From contig CP154954.1 in the NCBI GenBank assembly GCA_039621445.1, positions 1,736,001-1,800,000 on the forward strand: 64,000 nt of DNA, in the 5' to 3' direction. The stretch comes from Euglena gracilis. Its lineage: Eukaryota. Numbering within the stretch: position 1 is the stretch's first letter; every line of letters starts with the position of its first letter. Positions 38,441 through 52,089 of the stretch are shown here, piece after piece. Position numbers and translations under genes: made by a program. The notes below the pieces were generated by a model. That model was not told where the DNA came from. It ran no database searches and was given only the letters and a program-made list of their open reading frames with translations.

Positions 38441-38566
38441 ATATCATTTTTATCAACTATTTTTTTAGGTTTTTTTATTATAAGTACAACAATATACTCA
38501 ATTTACATGGGATTTGGTCCAATGTCAAGAAAACTTAAAGATCCTTTTGAAGAACATGAAAATTAA
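38441..38566 (+). CDS. psbN: PsbN (start codon or first exon not resolved)
   Basis: ISFLSTIFLGFFIISTTIYSIYMGFGPMSRKLKDPFEEHEN*, with the PsbN C-terminal signature DPFEEH. Confidence 0.85.
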   Translation: MSFLSTIFLGFFIISTTIYSIYMGFGPMSRKLKDPFEEHEN

Positions 38567-38617
38567 AATAAAATAGGTAATTTCAAAAGAAAGTTAAAAA
38601 TTATTAAATTTAATATT

Positions 38618-38830
38618 ATGACAACTATTTCAAAAAACAAAACATCAAATTCTAAAGGTAAAACAACTACTTTAGGAACAATATTAAAACCTTTAAATTC
38701 TAAATATGGAAAAGTTCTTCCTGGCTGGGGGACAGCTGGAATAATGTTAATTTTTATGACTTTATTCGCAATTTTTTTAACAATAATTTTAGAAATATAC
38801 AACTCTTCAGTAATTCTTGACATTAAATAA
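38618..38830 (+). CDS. psbH: photosystem II PsbH
   Basis: [23 protein letters not shown]...[12 protein letters not shown]. Confidence 0.96.
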   Translation: MTTISKNKTSNSKGKTTTLGTILKPLNSKYGKVLPGWGTAGIMLIFMTLFAIFLTIILEIYNSSVILDIK

Positions 38831-38975
38831 AATGAAATAAATAACAAATTAAAACTGTTGTGAAAATTTCATTTTATTTATTTTTTATTTCTTTTTCTTT
38901 TTAAAATTTTTATTAACTTTTTTATAAGTTAATAAAAATTAAATCACATCGAAAATTGAAAGATAATAAGAATAA

Positions 38976-40421
38976 TTATTTATTAATACGTGGAGATTCA
39001 CGGAAAAAAATAGCAAAAAAAATAACGCCTAAAGTACCTATCAATAGTTAAGTAAGGAAACCCTCCTAAAAGAACTTTACAAGTATTATACTATTACACA
39101 AAGCTCAAATATAAATTTTTAAAATAAAATAATATTAACAACTATTCTAGTAGTTAAAATCCTCATATATTTTAATATATATAATACGTTTTATAAACTT
39201 CAAAAATATTTATGAAAATTAAAAATTATATAAAACTCAATGTAAAAAAAAAGACTAAAAATAAAAAATAATTGTCACCAAACTATGCTTGATATGTATA
39301 TCACAAAGCTTTATAAATACACTAGAAATTTCTAAAAAAATAAAATTAATATAATTCGTATTGAAGAAAAATTACATATTTAAACAATTATAATTGATTT
39401 CGTTGAAAAAAATGAAAAAAACACTAATAAAGATTAAGTAATTACAGTAAAATAAAATTATACTAAAAGACCTAACAGAACTGCATTAAAAAGGAAAACG
39501 ACTACAGTAAAAAAATAATTTACAAAAAATACAAATTTTTCATAAATTTTATTGAAACTTCAAAATTTCAAAACATATCAATATTATCAACAAAAAAAAG
39601 CAATAAAATAATATTTACAACAAAAAATAATCAATCCAAAAAAAATCATCCTTAATTAAAATAAAAACAGTAAAATCAAATATAAGGTAAAAAAAATTCC
39701 CTAAAGAACCGGACAAGCTAATTCCTAAGCATCTGGCTCACCCAAAAAACTAAAATCATCAAAAGAATAAAGATAAAAAATCTTTACCCGCCTGAAATGA
39801 TATCGTGGACAATCCAAGATTAATAAAAAATTATCGATCAATTAAAATAACCATAAAAGTAATTATATGATACCTTTAATAAAAATTATATTTTTCAGAA
39901 ATCGTTTCTATCCCAAATCATCTTAATAAAAATTAATTCAAAAATAAAAGAATTAAATGTAATTACAATTTCCTCGACAAAAAGATATAACAACCGTGTA
40001 AAAGAACAAAAAAAAAAAGCACTTAAAAATAATTATTACATTAAAATATCGAAATTAAAAATTACAAAATAGTAAAAATTTCCTTTTCTACTAAATTAAA
40101 ATAAAAAAAATACGAAAAAATCAAATCAAAATAATAAAATATAAATTCACTACCAAACTATAAAATCTATAAAATTAGTTTTAATTGCTTAAAGTATAAA
40201 AACTCCATAAATTAAGTAAAGTAATATTCAAAAATACAAAATTAAAACATATAATCTTGTTTTGTCCTAGGTAAACCGCACAAAAATATACCCCAAAAAA
40301 AATTTAATAAAGGCGTTTATGAAAAGTCTTAATCCACCCTTTTATTAATTTAAATTTAATTACCTAAAGTAAAAAGAATACAACTTCGTAGCACACAGAA
40401 TGTATAAACTAAAGCTTCCAT
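38976..40421 (-). CDS. psbT: photosystem II PsbT (inverted copy) with ~1.35 kb complex intron
   Basis: Reverse complement of 41677-43123. Confidence 0.9.
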
Positions 40422-40483
40422 AAAATAAAAAATTTTCACAACTTTGCACATTTCCTAAAACAAATTTACTAATTAAATAATAA

Positions 40484-41040
40484 TTAAACTAATTCTTTCT
40501 TAGTTGTATCATCACCTAATTTTTCAAAAGTACCAAATTCAATCTCTTCCTCCAAATCAGGGTCAATACCAGCAAGCAAATATTTAAATAAAGTTCTTGC
40601 CCCATGCCAAATATGCCCAAAAAAGAAAATTAAAGCAAAAGACAAATGACCAAAAGTAAACCAGCCTCTTGGACTACTTCTAAAAACACCATCAGACTGT
40701 AAAATAGAACGATTAAAGTCAAAAATTTCTCCAAGCTGAGCACGTCGTGCATATCTTTTCACAGTAGCAGGATCATTAAAACTTAAAGTATCGAAACTAC
40801 CACCGAAGAAACGAACAGTAACGCCTACTTGTTCAATACTATATTTAGACTCAGCACGACGAAACGGAATATCGGCACGAACAACACCATTTTGATCTAA
40901 TAATATTACTGGAAACGTTTCAAAAAAAGTAGGCATACGACGAACAAACAATGAATTACCTTCCTTATCAATAAATACTGCATGACCTAACCATGCAGTC
41001 GCTATACCATCACCATTATTCATAGGACCAGAACGAAATT
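40484..41040 (-). CDS. psbB: psbB 3' fragment (left arm at the fold-back point)
   Basis: [11 protein letters not shown]...DDTTKKELV*; 5' two thirds absent. Confidence 0.9.
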
Positions 41041-41049
41041 ATCCAGCAA

Positions 41050-41613
41050 ATGGGATTCTTTCGTTCTGGGCCTATGAATAATGGATATGGTATAGCGACT
41101 TCATGGTTAGGTCATTCAGTGTTTATTGATAAGGAAGGTAATTCATTGTTTGTTCGTCGTATGCCTACTTTTTTTGAAACGTTTCCAGTAATATTATTAG
41201 ATCAAAATGGTGTTGTTCGTGCCGATATTCCGTTTCGTCGTGCTGAGTCTAAATATAGTATTGAACAAGTAGGCGTTACTGTTCGTTTCTTCGGTGGTAG
41301 TTTCGATACTTTAAGTTTTAATGATCCTGCTACTGTGAAAAGATATGCACGACGTGCTCAGCTTGGAGAAATTTTTGACTTTAATCGTTCTATTTTACAG
41401 TCTGATGGTGTTTTTAGAAGTAGTCCAAGAGGCTGGTTTACTTTTGGTCATTTGTCTTTTGCTTTAATTTTCTTTTTTGGGCATATTTGGCATGGGGCAA
41501 GAACTTTATTTAAATATTTGCTTGCTGGTATTGACCCTGATTTGGAGGAAGAGATTGAATTTGGTACTTTTGAAAAATTAGGTGATGATACAACTAAGAA
41601 AGAATTAGTTTAA
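41050..41613 (+). CDS. psbB: psbB 3' fragment (right arm at the fold-back point)
   Basis: Same C-terminal CP47 sequence ending KKELV*, with a few substitutions next to the junction. Confidence 0.9.
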   Translation: MGFFRSGPMNNGYGIATSWLGHSVFIDKEGNSLFVRRMPTFFETFPVILLDQNGVVRADIPFRRAESKYSIEQVGVTVRFFGGSFDTLSFNDPATVKRYARRAQLGEIFDFNRSILQSDGVFRSSPRGWFTFGHLSFALIFFFGHIWHGARTLFKYLLAGIDPDLEEEIEFGTFEKLGDDTTKKELV

Positions 41614-41676
41614 TTATTATTTAATTAGTAAATTTGTTTTAGGAAATGTGCAAAGTTGTGAAAATTTTTTATTTTT

Positions 41677-43123
41677 ATGGAAGCTTTAGTTTATACATTC
41701 TGTGTGCTACGAAGTTGTATTCTTTTTACTTTAGGTAATTAAATTTAAATTAATAAAAGGGTGGATTAAGACTTTTCATAAACGCCTTTATTAAATTTTT
41801 TGTGGGGTATATTTTTGTGCGGTTTACCTAGGACAAAACAAGATTATATGTTTTAATTTTGTATTTTTGCATATTACTTTACTTAATTTATGGAGTTTTT
41901 ATACTTTAAGCAATTAAAACTAATTTTATAGATTTTATAGTTTGGTAGTGAATTTATATTTTATTATTTTGATTTGATTTTTTCGTATTTTTTTTATTTT
42001 AATTTAGTAGAAAAGGAAATTTTTACTATTTTGTAATTTTTAATTTCGATATTTTAATGTAATAATTATTTTTAAGTGCTTTTTTTTTTTGTTCTTTTAC
42101 ACGGTTGTTATATCTTTTTGTCGAGGAAATTGTAATTACATTTAATTCTTTTATTTTTGAATTAATTTTTATTAAGATGATTTGGGATAGAAACGATTTC
42201 TGAAAAATATAATTTTTATTAAAGGTATCATATAATTACTTTTATGGTTATTTTAATTGATCGATAATTTTTTATTAATCTTGGATTGTCCACGATATCA
42301 TTTCAGGCGGGTAAAGATTTTTTATCTTTATTCTTTTGATGATTTTAGTTTTTTGGGTGAGCCAGATGCTTAGGAATTAGCTTGTCCGGTTCTTTAGGGA
42401 ATTTTTTTTACCTTATATTTGATTTTACTGTTTTTATTTTAATTAAGGATGATTTTTTTTGGATTGATTATTTTTTGTTGTAAATATTATTTTATTGCTT
42501 TTTTTTGTTGATAATATTGATATGTTTTGAAATTTTGAAGTTTCAATAAAATTTATGAAAAATTTGTATTTTTTGTAAATTATTTTTTTACTGTAGTCGT
42601 TTTCCTTTTTAATGCAGTTCTGTTAGGTCTTTTAGTATAATTTTATTTTACTGTAATTACTTAATCTTTATTAGTGTTTTTTTCATTTTTTTCAACGAAA
42701 TCAATTATAATTGTTTAAATATGTAATTTTTCTTCAATACGAATTATATTAATTTTATTTTTTTAGAAATTTCTAGTGTATTTATAAAGCTTTGTGATAT
42801 ACATATCAAGCATAGTTTGGTGACAATTATTTTTTATTTTTAGTCTTTTTTTTTACATTGAGTTTTATATAATTTTTAATTTTCATAAATATTTTTGAAG
42901 TTTATAAAACGTATTATATATATTTAAAATATATGAGGATTTTAACTACTAGAATAGTTGTTAATATTATTTTATTTTAAAAATTTATATTTGAGCTTTG
43001 TGTAATAGTATAATACTTGTAAAGTTCTTTTAGGAGGGTTTCCTTACTTAACTATTGATAGGTACTTTAGGCGTTATTTTTTTTGCTATTTTTTTCCGTG
43101 AATCTCCACGTATTAATAAATAA
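41677..43123 (+). CDS. psbT: photosystem II PsbT, exons 41677-41701 and 43053-43123
   Basis: Spliced product [31 protein letters not shown]. Confidence 0.93.
41702..43052 (+). mobile_element. complex group II twintron in psbT (1351 nt)
   Basis: Outer 5' GTGTG, inner GTGCG at ~41817, three domain V-like hairpins (~42359, ~42788, ~42993). Confidence 0.8.
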
Positions 43124-43268
43124 TTATTCTTATTATCTTTCAATTTTCGATGTGATTTAATTTTTATTAACTTATAAAAAAGTTAATAAAAATTTTAAAA
43201 AGAAAAAGAAATAAAAAATAAATAAAATGAAATTTTCACAACAGTTTTAATTTGTTATTTATTTCATT

Positions 43269-43481
43269 TTATTTAATGTCAAGAATTACTGAAGAGTTGT
43301 ATATTTCTAAAATTATTGTTAAAAAAATTGCGAATAAAGTCATAAAAATTAACATTATTCCAGCTGTCCCCCAGCCAGGAAGAACTTTTCCATATTTAGA
43401 ATTTAAAGGTTTTAATATTGTTCCTAAAGTAGTTGTTTTACCTTTAGAATTTGATTTTTTTTTTTTTGAAATAGTTGTCAT
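43269..43481 (-). CDS. psbH: photosystem II PsbH
   Basis: Mirror of 38618-38830 (KNKT read as KKKK in a poly-T run). Confidence 0.95.
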   Translation of the reverse strand: MTTISKKKKSNSKGKTTTLGTILKPLNSKYGKVLPGWGTAGIMLIFMTLFAIFLTIILEIYNSSVILDIK

Positions 43482-43532
43482 AATATTAAATTTAATAATT
43501 TTTAACTTTCTTTTGAAATTACCTATTTTATT

Positions 43533-43658
43533 TTAATTTTCATGTTCTTCAAAAGGATCTTTAAGTTTTCTTGACATTGGACCAAATCCCATGTAAATTG
43601 AGTATATTGTTGTACTTATAATAAAAAAACCTAAAAAAATAGTTGATAAAAATGATAT
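43533..43658 (-). CDS. psbN: PsbN (start not resolved)
   Basis: Mirror of 38441-38566. Confidence 0.85.
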   Translation of the reverse strand: MSFLSTIFLGFFIISTTIYSIYMGFGPMSRKLKDPFEEHEN

Positions 43659-43925
43659 TATTTTAAATAAAAATTTATATTACTTTTATTTTAGTATATT
43701 ATTTTTGGCTGACTTTTTAAAATTAAAGAATTTTTATTCCAATTCGAAAATTGTTGGTTTTGATTTAATGTGTTTTATTTATATTCGTATATATTTGAGA
43801 ATTTTAAGTTTTTAATATAAAATTTTTTGTGTATTTATATTGCATGAAGTTAGGTATAATGAATTCTTTTATCTTTATAATGCATACTTGAAATTTTAAT
43901 TCTTGTTTGATAAGTTTCTCTTTTT

Positions 43926-46014
43926 ATGAGTCGAGTTTACGATTGGTTGTGCGGACCGAATTTAGCATATTAGGTTATAATTCCTGAAGATTTTTACTTA
44001 GCGTTTTTTAGCTATTTGATAGTTTGAAGCCTAATTTCATATAAATTTAGAAAGTTATTTATAAAATTTTAATTATTTTATTGCTCCGTAATTTAGCATT
44101 TGTATGTTAAATAGCAAATTTTTTGCTTGTTAAACTTTTTCGGTAATGGAAAAAACTTTGTTTGTTACAGTATAATTTTTACTATTAAAAAAAAAAAAAA
44201 AGGGTTAACTTAAAGTTTTATGTTTTTGTTTTAGGATATTATAATTTGAATCAAAAATTTAATAAAAATTTCTAAGTACTATTTTAATCTAAGTTTAAAT
44301 ATTGATTAAAAATAATTGGAAATACATAATATTTTTTATATATTTTAATTTTTATTAAATTAAATGTTATTTCTTAAAAGAATCAATATTTAAAATTACC
44401 TGTAAGTTTCAAAAGAAAATAAAAATTTTTATTTTTGTTACGAGTTATAAAGATCGCTTATCTAATTTTAGATAATTTTAGTTTTGACAAAAGCTGTGTA
44501 TATGTAGTAATATTTTTTCAGTTTGCGAATAAAGTATTATAATAAAGTTATACTTTAATTCATTTTAAATAATTGTAGTTGTGTTTTTCTAAGTTGTAGC
44601 TTCTCTGAATTAATTTTTTAAGATATAATAATTTGAATATCATTTCTTTTATATTTTTACAAAATTAAAAAATAATATTTAGGATTCTATTAAACGGTTT
44701 TATTAAGGTAGGAAAAAATTCAATAAAATTCTTATTTTAATTGCGATTTGTTGTATTTGTTAATATGGAATTTTAACTGGTATTCGTTTTTAAGAATTAT
44801 AAAGCAAAATGATTATCTATATCTTGTTTTGTTTTTAAGGGAGCTTGCTTACCTGTACGAGGAAAGATTGGAGATTCAAGCGATTGCTGACGATGTTAGT
44901 GCGATTTGGTTTGTATTATTATTTTTCAATTCTAGATTATGATTATTTATTTACAAAAATCTTAATGAATAAATGCTTTAGTTTATAAATATTTAGTCTT
45001 AATTTTAAGATAATTAATTGTTTTTTAATAAATTTTTTTTTACATTTTAATTTGTTTTATAAAATTTTTTATGTTTTAAATTATAGATACTTTTTTATTT
45101 GAAATTTTATAGATTTGTTGGTTAGTAAAATGTTTATGATAAAATATTAGTAGTTTAAAAAGTTCTAAATTGTTTAAAATATATATGTTTTTTAATTATT
45201 TAATGTTATTTTTATTTTTTTAAATATTTATTGAATGTATTTATATTTGTTGTTTTTATAATACTAAATAAATTTTTTATAATTCAGAGACTTTTTAAAA
45301 GTTTATATAAAAGATCGATAAAACTATTTTTTAATAATAATTTTTTTATAAAAAGCCTTTTGATTATTTGATTAGTTATTTTTCAATCTTGTAGGGTTGG
45401 AAAACAATCATTTTTTAAATGACTAGTTTTTGCAGTAAATATGTTCCTCCTCACGTAAACATTTTTTATTGTCTTGGTGGCATAACATTTACTTGTTTTA
45501 TTATTCAAGTAGCTACTGGTTTTGCAATGACTTTTTATTATCGTCCAACTGTTACAGAAGCTTTTCTTTCTGTTAAATATATTATGAATGAAGTTAATTT
45601 CGGGTGGCTTATTCGTTCAATTCATCGTTGGTCCGCTAGTATGATGGTTTTAATGATGATATTACATGTTTGCCGAGTTTATTTAACTGGTGGGTTTAAA
45701 AACCTAGAGAGTTAACTTGGGTTACGGGTATAATTTTGGCAATTTTAACTGTTTCTTTTGGTGTTACAGGTTATTCTTTACCTTGGGATCAAGTTGGTTA
45801 TTGGGCAGTTAAAATTGTAACAGGTGTTCCCGAAGCTATTCCATTAATTGGAAATTTTATTGTTGAGTTATTGAGAGGAAGTGTTAGTGTGGGACAGTCT
45901 ACTTTAACTCGTTTTTATAGTTTACATACATTTGTTTTACCTTTGTTAACAGCTACTTTTATGTTAGGACATTTTTTAATGATACGTAAACAAGGCATTT
46001 CTGGACCTTTATAA
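43926..46014 (+). CDS. petB: cytochrome b6, exons approx. 43926-43948, 44858-44898, 45432-46014; 1-nt homopolymer frameshift near 45700
   Basis: Cytochrome b6 sequence; split ORFs 45419-45715 and 45736-46014 are one frame in the mirror copy. Confidence 0.94.
43949..44857 (+). mobile_element. petB intron 1, 909 nt (group II, likely twintron)
   Basis: 5' GTGCG; length about twice a typical Euglena group II intron; internal domain V-like AGCTGTGTA at ~44492. Confidence 0.75.
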
Positions 46015-46081
46015 AAATTCTTTGTGTTTATGATTTTTACGATGTATTTCTTAATTATAAGGAACCCTTGAGCCTTGTTTA

Positions 46082-49124
<3,043 letters not shown>

Positions 49125-49274
49125 AATTATTATTGACGTATTGTAAATAATTTTTAACTATATCTTACTTAAAAAGCTTTTATTAATATTTATTTAGTTA
49201 TGCTTTGTTGAGTAAACATAATGTTTCCACTTTGTTTTTTTAGTTTGACTACGAAAAATTATAATTTTTTTACA

Positions 49275-51100
49275 ATGACATTAGATGTATCAATTAGTAC
49301 GTTACGAAGTTGCTTTTAGTTTATTAGGTATAAGTTAAAATAAAAGATAAGAAATAAAATTTTATTTATGTGTTTTTTTTAAGTTAAGTAAATTTTCCTT
49401 AAATTGTATGTTTTTGGCTATTCATATTAATTAAAAAATTGGTTAATCTAATTGGTTAATCTTAATATTTTCAATAATTTGTTAATAAGTTTAGTAATTT
49501 TTCAAGTAGAACGTAAATAGGTTTTATTTTGGATTTTTTTTTAATAAAGAATAAACTTTTGACATATTTTTATTTAAAATTAAATGTTTAAGCTGTATGT
49601 TTTTTTTTACTTGTACAGTTTTTTAAGAGAAATTTTAGTTCGCTAATATATTTCTTTTTTCATTAAATTCTAGTTTAAATCTTTTTTCTTGAGTATTTAT
49701 TTTTCAAAAGTTAATTTTTTAAATAATTTTCGTTTTTGGGGATTTTATTCTCTTTTTTAAACTTTTCTGTATGAAAAGTAAAATTATTTTATTTTTTGGT
49801 AATTGAAATTTATTTATTATTTTAGTAGACCAATAAAAGCAAAGAGAATAGGTTTTAATTTAATTTTCTATAAATTTTTATTCTAAAGAAAATTTTACAT
49901 TTTAGTTTTAATAAGTCTTGTTTTAGAGTTTTATATAATATAAAACAACCTAACCTTTTTTGCGATAGTATGTTGAAAAGCTAAATAAATCAACAATTTT
50001 TGTTTAGTTTGTGAATAAAATTTTCAAAATTGAATTTATATTTTCTACTTTACTTATTCCTGAAAGAGTTTTTTGGGAAAAACGAGTTGAAGAAATTATT
50101 CTTCCTACTTTAAGTGGTCAGATGGGGGTTCTTAAAGACCATGTGTGACACATTATTAAAACGTTTGTTAATTTTATTAATTATAATTTTTTGATAAATG
50201 CTTGTTTGAGATTTAACTTTACTTTTACTTTTAACCATATTAGTTAATTATTTTTATTTTCTGCATTAACATTTTGTTTGTGCGTGGTAGCTTTGAATAT
50301 TTTCTAAAATTTAAAATTTACTTTTTTATAAATTATTTTTTATAAATAAGAAAAATTTAAAATTTTAAGATTAATATAATTTATAGTTTATTTTGAAAAT
50401 GTATATTTAAGTCTTGTTTTAGAAGAATATATTTAAACTGTTATTTTATAACTATTTAAAGTGTTTTTACATGTTTTAGAAAAAATTTTTAATAGTTTTA
50501 ATTTTTTTAAAAACAATACTTGATAAACATAATTTGTAAGATATAATATTTGAATCTAAAAAATTTTTAAATTTGTATGCAATGGTAAGGAATGTGTATT
50601 TTTATGTAAATTATTTACAAAATTTTTGTTTTTTTTTAGTACTTTTGATTCTATCACAATTTAGTTTTAGTCAATTTTTAAGCAAATTTTAAAAGATTTT
50701 TTGTTAAATGCCGTATGAGATTTAAATCTCCCGTACTGTATTGTTGGGGAAAAAATTAACTTAATTTATTAATTTTTAATGATAAATTTTTTTCTATCTA
50801 AATATTCCAATATTGACTGGATTAGATATAGGTATAATCTTAGTTCGTCAAAAGTCTTCTTCCGATTGGACTAGTTTGGTTGTAACAGGAGGTTTTGCAT
50901 TAATTAATAGCAATAACGTTACTATATTAGTCAATGAAGCAGAATTTGGTTCCGAAATTAATGTAGAACAAGCACAGATTTCTTATAATTCATCTAAACA
51001 TGCTTTAGAAATGAATAAAGATATTAAGAGAAAATTTGAATTAACTTTAAATTTAAAAAAAGCACGTGCTAGATTCCAGGTCACTCAACTTAAAAAGTAG
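49275..51100 (+). CDS. atpE: ATP synthase CF1 epsilon subunit, exons approx. 49275-49296, 50054-50142, 50804-51100
   Basis: MTLDVSI / IPERVFW...LPTLSGQMGVLKDH / IPILTGLDIG...KKARARF. Confidence 0.93.
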
Positions 51101-51371
51101 TTTAATTTATTGTTTTATTAAATTATACGTTTTTAATTTATGTTGATAGATTTTTTATAATAAAAATTTTTTCAATTATTAATAGTTTAAAATTATGTTT
51201 GTTTTATAGTATATTATTACTTAAACTATAAAATAGTGTAGTTAGTGTATTGAAACTGACAGTTTGATTTAAACGTTTTTGGTTTCGATTCACTCATTTA
51301 TTCTTTAATTTAATTAAATTAAAATTCAAAATTCGACTTTTAGGCAAGAATTTAAGTAAAAAAAAAATGTT

Positions 51372-52089
51372 ATGTTATCCGAATATGATAATCTAAACTT
51401 TGAAAAGAGCGTTGAAGGTAAAGGTTCTTTTCTTAATAAAAACCAAATAGAATCTTATTTGGCCTTACGAAAAAAGAAAGGAAAAATATATAATTTAGAT
51501 TCTGAATTTTGGCGTGCTTTTTGTGAATCTCACAATATTAATATGGAATCTATTTTAAATTTATATATATCGAATAAATCTATTTCTAGTAAGGATTGTT
51601 AAAATACTATCTTATATTGTTGGACGAGATTACCTTAAAGGCAGAACCGCTAACTTTTATGCTTACATTAAAGTGGATAAACGATTAGATACGCGCTCGA
51701 CTCGTTTTTTGGATTTGAGATTAAAAAAAGACTGTGAAGAGGTTACAGTTTGTGGAAATTATAGCGCAGCTAAGTCAGAAGAATATTCTATCGATTATAT
51801 AATAAAAATGGTTTTAAGTCAGAGAGCATATGGTATACAAGATTTTACTGATTCGTTAGTAATTAGTCCGTGTTTGTCTGTAAAATTAGATGATCATTAC
51901 CAAATGTTGTCACTTTGGAACCGCATGATAAAACTAGCTGAAAAAGGCAATATTTTTAAGGCTCTATCTCTTTTAAAAAAAGAAAGGCCAGATTACTACA
52001 TCAAAAAATTTGTAGCAATTAAAAAAAATTTAAATGCAATTTTTATGTCTTTTAAAAATGATAAAAAATTAAATAGGGAGGTTTTATGA
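51372..52089 (+). pseudogene. degenerate geminivirus-Rep-like protein (HUH-fold plus oligomerisation region, no helicase), one frameshift near 51600
   Basis: ORFs 51372-51602 and 51673-52089 join after removing one T; contains KRLDTRSTRFLDL (GRS-like), CGNYSAAKS..IDYIIK (motif III) and RMIKLAEKG..ALSLLKKERP; clearly paralogous to the downstream Rep. Confidence 0.65.

Noticed and set aside
38563-38847. 94-aa ORF (and its mirror at 43252-43536)
   Set aside because: Antisense shadow of psbH.
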